Assembly (NCBI GenBank): GCA_023213395.1 | Contig: CM041465.1 | Span: forward strand, 231,639,741-231,703,740 | Source: Cycas panzhihuaensis | Taxonomy: Eukaryota; Plantae; Cycadophyta | Length of the DNA stretch: 64,000 bases | Reading direction: 5' to 3' | In this document: one piece after another, positions 40,739-54,000 of the stretch | Numbering within the stretch: position 1 is the first letter of the stretch | How the letters are laid out: each line of letters opens with the position of its first letter | Position numbers and translations under genes: made by a program | Notes under the pieces: model-generated | Seen by the model: the letters and a program-made list of their open reading frames with translations, nothing else | The model's database searches: none | What the model was told of the DNA's origin: nothing

Positions 40739-43700
40739 TAGTGTATCTTTCTTGTGTCCTTACCCTCGATATCCACTACACTTAGGTTACTTGCAACACC
40801 TATGACAATTTACAACATTCTTCACATATGCAATATATCAATCATAACATTAACAACCGATATCAGTCACATAGAATGCACAAGTATTTCCTCTTTACTC
40901 ATATTTTATTAATCATCATTGAATAGAACATTGCATCACTTTCAATGTTTGGATCTCACCATTAAGCCAATGGGAGAAATGACCTTTTATTACACTTTTA
41001 CATGCTCAAAACCTGAAAGGGTACAATTTTTACAACATAACTTTTGACCTTTCATAACACGAAAACCCTAATTAACACTAATTAAGTGTTGCTTGGTATG
41101 TTTGTATGGTCGTACAACATGTCCTTTGGTCTTTTGGCACAGAACTGTCTCAAGAGACATTCACCATTTTAGAACCATCTTGTTGTAGTCAGAGTTGTCC
41201 CTACCTCATTCATGCGTTTCATTAGAACTATCCCTCGAGAGCAGTTTTTGTGACTTGTAACTGTGTCATGCATACTAGAACTGTGCTAGAATCGTTTCAC
41301 GATTATCCCATACTAGATTTGCATTAATTTCATTTGACACAACCTAGAACTGTTCTTGAAAATGTCCTTAACCATTCCCAAGTGTCCTAGAACCAATTAC
41401 ATTGCATACATCTATTCAAGGGTTCAAAAACTATTTTGAACATCCTTGTTCAATGTCGCCAAAATTTTTTGTTGCATGTTTTTTCCAAAAGTTTGATTCT
41501 GCTGGTGGGTTAACTTCCCACACTTCTTCTTGCGAGTTGCTCCTATGCCTATCCGCGCATCCCCAGGTCGTGCTACTCGATCATGTTTTCATTTATCTCC
41601 ATCACATTTTCCACTTCTGTTGTCTTGTCCCTCAGTTCTTGTTGTAGTTGTATTATTTGTTGTTTTTGTGGTTGCTAATTTCCCAATAATTCATCGAACC
41701 AACCATTTATTTGTTGGATTTTATCCTCAATGCTTCCCACATCTTGGGAAGTACCCTCACCTATTTTTGTTTGTCATGGTGGGGTGATATCCTTCGTGAA
41801 TTCTGTGTTAGATGCGACTATTTGTCATGTTTGCTTCCTCGCCTCCTTCTTTGGATGGTGAGGATGTGTAGTATATGTGACACCTTGGAACCATAGAATA
41901 ATACACCTCAACTAGGCGTTGACGAGCTGCCTAGTCTCTACTACATTGATGTTCATCAGAAATTTATCTGCCCATTGTTGCGATAGTTCCAATCCTTCCT
42001 CAATTTTTGCTTGGGGTGTGTAGGGATTTGGACAAACATCCCTCAACTCCTTTCATTTCTTAGAACTGAGTTTGAAATCAGGTTGCTAGGAACTCACTCC
42101 AATTTAAGTATGTTCTCTCCTACACCTCCTGGAGAATGGTGAGTATGCCAACGGGACAATAAGCATACTTCTTTTTCACCAAAGACTGGGTGACATAAAT
42201 TTTGGCTAGCCAACTCAATTCTGGGTCCAAAAAATCCTCAATTTTGATCCCTCCATTGTATGTTCCGACACCTCTTTTACATAATGCATAGATGACTTCC
42301 TCTATTTCTCCTTTCGTCCATTTTTCTCCAGCTGGGATTCTCCTATTATTAGGTAATCTTGTAATGCTTCTAATTAGGTTAGCATGTATTTCAATTCTAT
42401 CCTAATTTTCTTTCCCTAGCAAGACAATAATTTTCATTATCATGTCATCCCGGTAGAGAGGTGGTAACAACACGTAATTATTGCTGCATTAAATTCATCT
42501 TTCATTCTGGTGTAGTCATTTTGCAATTGAGGCAAATAGGATTCTTGCAATCTTAGCATCATTTAAAAAATTTTACCATAAATTGACTTGAAATATGGCT
42601 TACCAACAATTGTTTGGAAGTGGAATTTTTGGAGGGGTGTATCCTGGAACATTTTATGTGAAGACTGGCTAGAATCTCTCTTGATTCACTATTGACACCC
42701 CATTGGAACAAGCCTATTTTGTGGTTGAACTCTTCTTTTGGTCCAGAACGATTCAAAAATGACAAATTTTCATTGATTTTTGGCTTTTGTAGGATTTTAG
42801 CCATTGAACTATTCATAAAAACATTCCTTAGTTGGATGCTTTTGCGCTAGTCTTTTGGCCGCTCGTAGATGCTTTTGGGTATGCTTCTCATGTTGTAATT
42901 GGGGCCCATATGGGTTGAACACTTTCCACTCAAATTTTCATTTTTTGGCTTTTAAACTTTTATTCTTTGGCGTTAGATTTTTTGTGCCTTATCATGAAGG
43001 TCATCATTAACTCTTTGTTCATAACATTTAGGAAGTGGGAACGTTGATCGCTTAAGTTCCAATGGGCACTTGAACATTGTTATAATTGTTTTGTGTAAAA
43101 ATTGTGTTGTGCTTTACGTGTCGTCATTTCATAGTGGAGTTTCATGGCATAATCTGTAGTAGCTAGTATATATCTTGCTTGAGATCTTTGTGTAGTGGGC
43201 TGTATGGGGCCAATAAAGTCAATTCCCTGCTTCTTGAATGGTGCCTGTGATAAGATTGGGTTTAGAGGCTAAAAGTTTCGATGGCAAGGTTTTCTTGCAC
43301 TCTGACAGTAATCATTTCTTTACCTAATTTTGCATAACTTCAAGGATTGATGGCCACTTGAATTTGGCATTTAGGATATTCGGGCAAGTTGCTTGTTGAC
43401 TCTCATGTCTAACCATGCCTCAAAGTGCTTGGAATATAACTTGCTCCACCTCATGTGGTGCAATACAACACCGTATAACATCATTAGGTCTAAGTTGATA
43501 GAGTTCTCCTTAGATAATCTAGTAGGGTTTTGGTTTTATGATCAAGTGTTGTTTCTCTACCATATCTAGTCTAGGTGGGATCTCACCTATCCATAAATAC
43601 CTTGGGATTCCTTCGTACCACTTAGGTGTGACTACATCCACTTTGAACAAATGGGCATCAAGAAAGTTGTCATTCACACCTATTGCCTTCTCACCATTAT

Positions 43701-44253
43701 CGATCCTTGATAATCGATTTGGTATTATGTGAGATTTTCCTTGTTTGACCATTATTTTGAATGCGAACTCTTGAAAAAATATCAATCATTTGTTGATTTG
43801 CCATCATAACAATGGTTTGTTAATTAGATATAGAAGGGCTTCATGGTCCACATATAATATGAATGGATTTGACAATAGATAGTGCTGAAACTTTTGCAAT
43901 GCATAAACTATCTTGAGTCCCTCTCTCTTTGCAACTATATAGTTTTGTTCTACTCAAGTCAACTTTAGGCTAGCAAATACAATAAGATGATCTATGCTCT
44001 TATCCCTTGTTTGTGCCAACATATAGCCTATTGCAAATTGTGGTGTGTCTATGTAAACGAGAAACATTTTGTTCTAATTTGGGGATCTCAATATGGGTGT
44101 GGTTGTGATAGCTTTCTTTAATGCCTTGAACGCCATTCTTTGTTCCCGTTCCCACTCCCAGTCAACATCTTTCTTGACTTGCTCTTCTAGGGGTCCTTAG
44201 ATATAGGCATAACCTTTGATGAATTATGAATAATACTTGGTCAACCCTAGAAA
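40739..44253 (-). mobile_element. Athila/Tat-like gypsy fragment 'Gypsy-C': RH and truncated INT (43140-44253), extra ORF, probable 3' LTR part (~40739-41450)
   Basis: QEFAFKIMVKQGKSHIIPNRLSRI..GVNDNFLDAHLF, PFKKQGIDFIGPI; LTR limits uncertain. Confidence 0.75.
42061..42816 (-). pseudogene. Extra ORF downstream of pol in Gypsy-C
   Basis: Manual translation IEIHANLIRSITRLPNNRRIP..LSWLAKIYVTQ..LNWSEFLAT*F aligns with 1304-2130. Confidence 0.65.
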
Positions 44254-47050
44254 TGATGAGTATTACTCATCCTTATGTTTTGACATTATGTAGTATTGTG
44301 TGTATATTATTGTACTCATATGTGAAGTACATTTGAGTTAGTTAAATAATTAGTCAATTAGTTAGAAAGTTAAGAAGTCAGTTAGTTGGGTAGTTAAAAG
44401 GTAGTTTTTGAAGTGGATACTAAGCCCTCAATATAAATGAGAGGCCCCTTCATTGTAAACATCATCCGTGAATGTTAGTGTTCATTAGTAATCATCAGTG
44501 AGTGTGTATTTTGTGAATGTAAGCCAGGTTTCTGAGATAATAGAAGAGAATTCAATGTATTGCCTCTTTGACAATCCTTGTCTGATGGGTAACTTTTTTT
44601 GAGACTGCATTCTCCATGAATGCACATCAATTTTGGTATCAGAGCCTATTTTCCTGAAGGAACATTAATTACAAAGTTTTCAAAGCTTGGAGAAGGTGTA
44701 CGGACAATTGTATGACTAACTATATGGACCTATACAGATGGAGGGGCAAAAGTGCTCAGAATTTGATGAAATTTTACTAGTAGGTGTGCAATTGTACGAA
44801 CATTGTTCTATCCCAGAGGAGTGTTGTCAAATTCCAATTATGAGAGTGGAAAAATGCAAAAATGCAGAGGCACAAGGTTGAGGCTTCAATTGCAGATTTC
44901 TCGGCCATTTTCTTCAAAATTGGTCTTCATCTCTTCTTTTTCATTAGATCTATCTTTCAAGTATAAATTTGTTGCATTTAATTTTGTGTTTTTTTAAAAT
45001 ACGAACAAAAGTCGATTTGAAACCATGGATGCCTTTCACAGTTCTGAGCCTGATTTATCTCAAACTAGAGATTCAATTAGAAAATCGAATATAGATCTGG
45101 ATAGGTATCGAAATGATCTTCAATCAAAGTCCAACTTCCATCTTTCACTTTTTGACTACACTATTCTGTACAACAGTATGATTGTATGAATTGATATAGT
45201 CCAAGGCAGATATTTATTTTTCAACGTTCTTTCTCATTTTAGATATATTCTCTTGTTGTTTAAAAGTTGAAGAAATCCTACTTGTCATTCTTAAAAAGAA
45301 AAGAAGAAAAAAGGAAAAAGAACAAAAAGGGCATTTTCATATTGTATTACAAGCATATAGCTGTAAGCCCAGACGACAGGTATACCTCGTAACAAAAAAC
45401 ATTTTTTTCTCATATTTATTGAAGTTAGTTGTTTGTCAAGCGGAACATGCCTCGGAGAGGTAAACATACTTTTTCTAAGGAAGAAATAGTTGAAGACTAG
45501 AGGAGCCTTCGTTGGCTTTCACACAAATGATGGAAACCCTACAACGACAAGCAAACACTCAAGCCCAGATGATGTAGAATATGATGACGATGTTTCGGTA
45601 AATGATGACACTACAGGCACAACAAACACAACTCTTACAAGCTCAACAAACTCAAGTTCCTACAACAGTTCCCATCCAACAATCATAGTTCCGATTGGAT
45701 ACAAAAATCTCCATTCCAAAGTTTGACGGTTCCATCAATGCTGGGACTTTAGATGGATGGTTTTAGAGCCTTGAGGCATATTTTAAGTTCCAAAATCTGA
45801 CTGATGCATAGAAGATTTGTGTGGCAAAGATATATATAACTGATCAGGCACTAATATGGTAGTAGACCCATACTAGAAATCTGCTTGCACATTAGAGACA
45901 GGCCATGACGTTGTGGAATGACTTAAGTAAGATCTTAGAAATAGCTTCTATCCAGTTGGATGTAAGGATGATCAAATAAAGAAGCGGTTGCACATTCATC
46001 AACACCCTGGACAAGCTGTATAACAGTACATTGACACTTTCCACAAATTATCCATTATGCTCGAAGTAACTGATGGTGAAAACATACTCAAATTGAAGTT
46101 TTTTGGAGAATTATCTCTATATCTACAAAGGGAGATGGAGTTGCTTGATATTCCTTCGCTTTGCTATGCTCTCAAGATGGAAAGCAAGATGCAAAGGAAG
46201 ACACCTCCACAATAGCAAGATTTGTCAGTTCAACACAAGCAACCTTTCAGTTAGAGGAAGGAAAATGATGCAACAGAACCTTTAGTAGCAGAAGAGGGAA
46301 AATACTGAACATTGCATAAATCTTGCAACCATTCCAATGAAGAATGTTGGAAGTAGGAGTAGTACAAAGCCAAAGTGAAGACCTTGGTAGTTGAAGAAGA
46401 AAACAACACACCGAATGAAGAAGCTAGCACATCAAACGACTTAGAAAAGATACTAGTTACAAATCCAACAGTGGTAAATCCCAATCTAGTCTTGATGGCA
46501 AAGGACTACAATGCTTTGCCCAGAGAAGTATTGTTTACTTAGAATTGCCAAATTAAAGACCATGTTGTATGTGAATTATTGACAATGGCAATATGAAAAA
46601 TCTAGTATCGGAAAAACTTGTTAGGGAACTCAATCTCCCTACAGAGCCTCATCCCAATCCCTATACACTTGGATGGGTTCAAAAACTAATGAGAGCACCA
46701 TAGACAAAGATTGATAGAGTTTATCACGTAACATTTGTGATAGACCCTTAAATGGACACAACCACTTGTGATGTAGCTCCCATGGATTGCTATGAAACAC
46801 TTCTAGGGAGCCCTTATCAATATGATAGAAAGGCAGTATATTATGGGCATACTAGTGTATATCATTTACAAAAAGACAACAACACTTATGCACTTCATTC
46901 TTCATCCTCTCTAATTACTTCAAGGATGGGTACGCAAGCTGCCAAACTTACTAGTGTTGTTTGAGAAGGCACCAATCTATTTTTGAGGCTAGTGTCAATA
47001 TTAGGCACCCCACAGATACAAAAGTTTCTTTGGATAGTTTTGACCCATGA
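44254..47050 (+). mobile_element. CRM-like element 'CRM-2', 5' half only: LTR 44254-44629, PBS 44634-44645, gag from ~45447, protease ~46540-46900
   Basis: TGAT...ATCA LTR, TGGTATCAGAGC, LNLPTEPHPNPYTLGWV, CDVAPMDCYETLLGSPYQYDR (parallels CRM-1); right boundary approximate. Confidence 0.85.
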
Positions 47051-47151
47051 GAAAGGAGATTCCTCATCGATCAAGAGATCTATCCAAGAGCAAATAGATC
47101 ATTCTCATTTATTGTCAATGGGTGCACTTCTAATAGGTTCGCACCCAGCAC

Positions 47152-48211
47152 GTGCAACACGACATTGCATTGTACCAAATGTATGCCATATTGAGGATGA
47201 CAGACTGCAATCCATGCGCAACACCCATGGAAATCAACTGCAACTTGGCAGTAGATAAAGGAGAACAACCTGTTGATGTCACTCTGTATAGACAACTGAT
47301 TGGTAGTCTAATTTACCTCACAGCCACCAGACCCGACATATCCTACTCAGTCAGAGTTGTCTCCAGGTACATACAGGAACCAAGAGTAAGACACTGGAAA
47401 GCCACTTGGAGGATACTAAGATATCTACGAGGAACAATCGATCTAAAACTAATCTACTCATGAAAAGGATCAGCAGAACTCATAGGATATTGTGACTCAG
47501 ATTGGGCAGGTGACAAAGAGCAGAGAAAATCCACCAGTGGCTACTGTTTTTTCTTGGGGCGCGTGGCAGTTCCATGGTGCAACAAAAAACAATCTACCGT
47601 TGCACTCTCTTCAATTGAAGTTTAGTATAAAGCAACTGTAACTGCAACTTGTGAAGCAGTATGGCTCGGATAACTCCTGATCGATTTGAATCAACCTCAA
47701 ATCCAAGTAACAACTTTGTATTGTGATAATGAGAGTACTATTAAATTGACCAAGAATCCAATTTATCATGCCAGAACCAAGCACATAGAAGTTCATCACC
47801 ACTTCATAAGGGAAAAGGTTCACAATAAAGAAATCAAGCTGGAGTAGTGTTCTACTGTAGAACAAATTGTAGATCTGTTGACAAAGTCATTAGCGAAAGA
47901 AAATTTTCAGTTTTCGAGAGACAAAATAGGATTGAGAGAGATAAAACATTAAGAGAGGGTGTTAAGAGGTAATGTTTTATCTAAGCATTACAAAGGGTCA
48001 TTAATAAACCCTTAATTATGTATCTCACACGTGAATGTGACGTGTCATGTCTTTAGAAGTCGGTTTCAAAACATGTCATAACGGTTACAAGTCTCCTTGT
48101 ATTTTTAAGAGATCATCTCCTCAATAAGAATTGGTTCAGTTCTACTCATTAGCCTTTTGCCCCTTTGAATTAAATCAACATTTATATTGTTCATTCTTGT
48201 GGGTTGTAACA
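47152..48211 (+). mobile_element. Copia 3' fragment 'Copia-3' (RT end, RNase H, PPT 47951-47959, LTR 47960-48211)
   Basis: LYRQLIGSLIYLTATRPDISY, CDSDWAGD..STSGY, HARTKHIEVHHHFIREKV; TGTTA...TAACA. Confidence 0.9.
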
Positions 48212-49070
48212 TTTAGAAGACCAACATGCAAGTTTCCTCTCCATCCCATTGACCACATGCTCCTCGATGTTCAACATGGAAGCACTAGAATTGAAAGTAG
48301 TTTTAAGGAATTTAACAATCACGTTCGATTTGATTTAGATCCATTTGTACTCCCTTAGCCATTTAGACTTGTCCCTTGGAGATTAAAAGGCAACGTGCTA
48401 TCTCCCCCCATTCAATCTTTAGAGCGAGAGGCTAAGCACAAGGTTTGAACAACGTCAAGGGCCTGCTTAACCTACTTTGGCTTAGTCTCTATAAGCGATT
48501 CATCTACAAAGTGGCCATTGACCATTTGATTTCCTGTGTTTCTTGGCAGCTCAATTTGTTTGAGGCATTTCCAATTCACTCTTCAGCACTAAATATCCCA
48601 AAGCATCAACTAGAAACGCATAGAGGGAAGGGGTGAGTGGATAGCCTTGTGTAATAGAGCGCCCTAGTTGCATTGGCCTTGTAGATGCACCATTAATGGA
48701 TAAGTAGGTAGAGGCTTCCTCAAATAGTATTTTCATCATTCTTACAAATTTATTGCCAAAACCCAAGGCCTCCAACAATTTTGAAAATAAAAGATCACCC
48801 TATTAGATCGTAGGTTTTTTCAAAATTAATTTTCATGAATATAGTGTCTTGGGATGATATTTTGGCCCATTCCATACCTCCCCAAATAGCTGTAATATTA
48901 TCCTAAATATATTGAGCTTTGATTAAAGCTGTCTACCGTGGTCTTACCACCTTAGGAAGAATATGTCTGATCCTCTTAGCTAATGTCTTGGTCAGATTTT
49001 TTGTAAGGGACATTCAATAGGGCTATAGGCTACCAACTTGTAATCAATTCTGGATTGTCATGCTTGGGAA
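48212..49070 (-). pseudogene. L1-type LINE reverse transcriptase relic, part 1
   Basis: LEALGFGNKFVRMMKILF..INGA..RSITQGYPLTPSLY; KTLAKRI..LPKVV..DNI..MEWAK..FEKTYD. Confidence 0.88.
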
Positions 49071-51063
49071 TGTTACACAAAATAACTCAGACGACATGAG
49101 AATTAGATGGAAAGTATGAAGAATCACTTGTATTAGCTTGGAGACAATGTCTCTATAAATACATAACTGATTTTTGACCATTGCAAAGTGATGTGTAACT
49201 GACTCTTCTCTACATGACAAGTGTCACAATATAAGGTGAGAATTACATTATGAGGTGGGGTGCAACATTACTCCCTTTTCCTAGTAAGATAAAGCATTAT
49301 GTCCTAACACCCTCTCTTAATGTTTTATCTCTTTCAACCCAATTTTACTTCTTAGATTTTGAAATCTCTCTTTTCCAAGAGGTTTTGTCATGAGATCAGT
49401 AATTTGCTCTGACGAGGGACAATATTCTAAATCAATTTCTTTATTGTACACCTTCTCTCTTATGAAGTGATGGTGTACTTTTATATGTTTTGTTCTAGGA
49501 TGCAGAACTAGATTCTTGATGAGCTTTATTGCAGTTTGGTTGTCACGGAATAAGATTGTTACTTGGTTCTATTTTTCTTCTACTACAGCAAGAATTGTCT
49601 TAACCATATTGCTTCACATGTGGCTGTTATGATGGCCTTGTACTCAACTTCAGTTGATGAAAGTGCCATGGTGGATTGATTTTTATTGCATCGGGAAATG
49701 ATTGTTGATCCCAAGAAGAAGCAATATCCACTTGTAGACTTCCTTTGTTCCTTGTCGCTTGCCCAATCTGAGTTATAGTAACCTGTCAATTCTGCTGCTC
49801 CTTTGTTGGAATAAATTAATTTGAGATCTTTTGTACGCTATAGGTAGCTTAATATTCTTTTGGCGACATTCCAATGACGTAGTCTAGGTTCCTGCATATA
49901 TCTGGATACCATCCCTACCGAATATGAGATGTCGGGTCTAGTTGCTGTAAGATATACCAGGTTGCTAACCAGTTGTCTATACAAGACAGTATCTGCAGCT
50001 TGTTCTTCCTTTCTACTACTAAATTACAACTTTCTTCCATGGGTGTTGCACATGGATTATAGTCTGCCATCTAGAATCTGATCAAAAGATCTGTTATGTA
50101 TTTCTTTTGTGGCAAGGCAATATAATTTTGTTGCTGGTCCACCTCTATTCCTAAATAGTAGTTCAGGAGCCCTAGATCTGTCATTTCAAACTTTTTTTCT
50201 AGTTCTATTTTTAATGTTTTTGACAGATTCTTCATCATTTCCTGTGAGAATCATGTCATCTACATAAACAACAATAATTGTGATTCATCCATTTCTTTTC
50301 CTTGTATGTAAGTTGGAGTTAGAGCTGCACTTTTGAAATCCATTTTGACACAAGTGCTTATCCAATTTTGCATACCAAGCTCGAGGAGCTTGCTTTAACT
50401 CGTATAAAGCCTTTTTGAGTTTTCACACCAGATGTTATTCTTCCTTTTTGACATACCCTTCTATTTGAGTCATGTAGGCTTCCTCTTCTAGATCACCGTT
50501 CAAAAGGCACTTTTTACATCAAGTTGAAAGATTTTCCATTTGTTTAGGGCTGCTAAAGCAATAACTGTTCTTATAGTGTTCATTTTAGCTACTGGAGAAA
50601 ATGTTTCTTCGAAATGAACACCAACTGTTTGAGTATACCCTTTTGCAATAAGGCTTGCCTTATATTTGTCTATTTTTCCACTAGCTCCTTCTTTGATTTT
50701 GTAGACCCATTTGCAATTTACTATAGGCTTGTTGGGAGGCAATTCCACTAGTTCCCATGTTTGGTTTTTAATGATGGAATTCATCTCTGAATTCATGGCT
50801 TCTTTCCATCTTAGATGATCCTAGGCTTCATGAAAGGAATGAGGCTCAGCTCAGCTAAGTAATGCTTTAGGATTTTGGCTCCTTGTTTTGTGTTCAAGTA
50901 CATTTCCTCCTTCCTCAATTGTTTTGATTAGCCATTTAGGTAATTTCTTCTCTTTCCTCATTGATTCTTCTGGTAGTTGTTCTATAGATGTAGTTTCTTG
51001 TGTAATTTCTGTTAACGATTCTGCAAGGGGCACTCCTCTGTGGTGACTTCTGACACTTCTTCT

Positions 51064-54000
51064 TGTTGAGAAGACAAAGTCCTAATAACCTGAAACTGCC
51101 ACCAAGATCTAAATTATTTTGCAACTAGTTATAGGAATCAAAATTGAAATTTAACGTGCAAGTTCCTAAACCAGAGATAATACAATAAAATAAATAAGAA
51201 AGCCAAAGTATCACATATACACCCGATATAACGTGGTATAACCCTAGCAATGTGCTAGGGAAACATCCACACAAGGAAGGTATTGATGTTTATTATCAAA
51301 GAATGGAGAAATGTACACAATTTGTAGTAGAATGCTCACAGCAACAACAACCAACCGCTCAACTCTTCACAGTATATGCAATACATTGAACATCATCAAC
51401 TTAATGAAAAAACACCCTAAATCAGGCTATATGAGACAGTCATACAAGGCACAAATCTCGACCATAGAATCTAAGGGTATTTTGAGCGAATGACTCTGAT
51501 TCTCTTTACAATTTAGTATGCTTTTCAGTGCTAGCTTTTTGGGTCGGGGGCTATCGCCCCCAAAACCCCTCTTCTTGGGCGTTTTGGCCTCACCCCCTTG
51601 GGGGCTCCCTTTGGAACGCCTATGGAGGTTTTGGGAGGAAACCGCGCTGCTAACCTGTCAAAATTTTAGCCTCCAAAACATTGTTGTCACATTATTTAAC
51701 AATCTCGACCTTGACAACAATTTACTTGATACCTTTCCTAAACCATTCATCACCTTTTCTGCAAGCCAAGAGAAGTCAAACACCATTTGAACTTCTCTAA
51801 TAGTAGTAGTTTTGGGAACATATCAGCACAATTTTGTTTTGTGTTAACCTTCTCAAGTGCCACTCCACCTGCTTCCACAATCTGTCTAACAAAATGGTAC
51901 TTAAGAGCAATATGCTTTGTCCTACTATAATAAGCTGGATTCTTTGCTAAGTAAATGGCACTTTGACTGTCACAAAATACCTTTACCTTTTCCTGTTTCC
52001 TTCCAAGCTCAACCAATAGACCCTGCAACCAGATTGCTTCTTTGCAAGCATGTGCTGTAGCAACATATTCAACTTCTGTAGTCGATAATGCAATTGTGCT
52101 CTGCAATTTTGACATCCAACTAACTGGACCATTTGCAAGGGTAAATACATAACCTGAAGTAGACCTTCTCTTATCTAAATCTCCTGCAAAGTCTGAATCG
52201 ATATATCCACAAACCTGATTACCTGTGCCTCCAAAGGTAATGCAATAGTCACTTGTGCCTCTCAATACCGAAGTACCCATTTCACTGTTGCCCAATGTTG
52301 CTTTCCTGGATTTGCCATAAACTTGCTAAGTACACCGACTGTATGTGAAATGTCAGGTCTTGTACATACCATGGCATACATCAAACTTCCTACTGCACTA
52401 GCATAAGGCACACGAGACATATAATCCTTTTCTTCTTCATTATTAGCACTCATACTCGAAGAAAACTTGAAATGGGAAGCCAACGAGATACTCATTGGTT
52501 TCACATTTGCCATACCAAACCTGGTTAGCACCTTTTCCACATATTTCTGCTGTGATAACCATAGCTTACCATTTTTCCTATCTCTATGTATCTCCATACC
52601 TAAGATTTGTTTTGCAACTCCTAGATCCTTCATATCAAAAGTCCTAGCCAATTGAGACTTTAACTTATTGATTTCTTCCGTGCTATTGCTTGCAACCAGC
52701 ATGTCATCGACATACAATACCAAGATAATGAATAATCCATTGTCCAAGAATTTAAAGTAGAGACAATGATCATACTCACTTCTTTTGAAATTTTGGCTCT
52801 CCATGAAGGCATCAAACTTCTTGTACCATTGCCTGGGTGATTGCTTTAGGCCATACAATGATTTCTTGAGCCTACAAACAAGTCTTTTCCTGCCATCCTG
52901 TACAAACCCTTCTAGCTGATCCATATATATCTCCTCATCTAAATCTCCATGTAGAAAAGTTGTTTTTACATCTAACTGCTCCAACTCCAAATCAAGAGAA
53001 GCTACGAATGCTAATAGAACTTGAATTGAAACAAGTTTGACAATTGGTGAAAAGATTTCATGAAAGTCAATACCTGTTTTCTATGCAAAGCCTTTAGCCA
53101 CTAGTCTTGCCCTGTATTTGTCAACCTTTCCTTCAACATCCGTTTTCTTCTTGAAAACCCACCTACAACCAACAGTCTTCCCGCCATGTGGAAGTTCTAC
53201 CAAGTCCCATGAATTATTTTTCTTCAATGTATTTATCTTTTCCTGCATAGCCCTCTTCCACTACTTACTATGGATGTCATCTACTGCTTCCTGATAGCAT
53301 GTAGGCTTACCATCATTAGAAACCAAAGCAATAGAAATAGAAGGGTTATACCTGTCAGGTGGATGACTAACTCTTGTAGTTCTTCTAACAGTTGGTGGAG
53401 TGTCCACATACTCCTGTAAATCTGTTGTAGATTCATCTTCAGAAAGATCTTCCTGCTCTTCTGTTTCCAAAGATGGCTGGGTTTCAAGCTTGACCTGTTG
53501 ATGTTCAACTTTCTGCTCCTATTTCACTTCAACTTCTACACTTTCTGATTTTAGAAAGGGAGATTCTTCAAATACAACATCTCTGTTAATAGTGATTTTG
53601 TGGGCAGTAGGATCCCATGACCTGTATCCCATCACACCATCTCTATCACCAAAACCAACAAAGATACATCTCTTGAATTTGGGTCTAACTTTGAACGTCG
53701 ACTTTTATCAGTCAAGGCATAAGCATCACAACCAAAAACTTTCAAATTTAAATAGTCACATGGATGTCCAGTCCATACCTCTTCAGGAATCTTGCAATCT
53801 ATTGCAAGTGATGGTGACCCGTTTACCAAATAACAAGCTGTTTGAACAACTTCTGCCCATAAGCCCTGCTCCACTCCTGCATTACTTAGCATGCTTCTTG
53901 CTCTTTCCAAGAGTGTCCTATTCATGCACTCAGCTATGCCATTCTGCTACGGAGTATAGCTAGTGGTCTTATGCCTTTCGATCCTAGCTTCTCTGCAATA

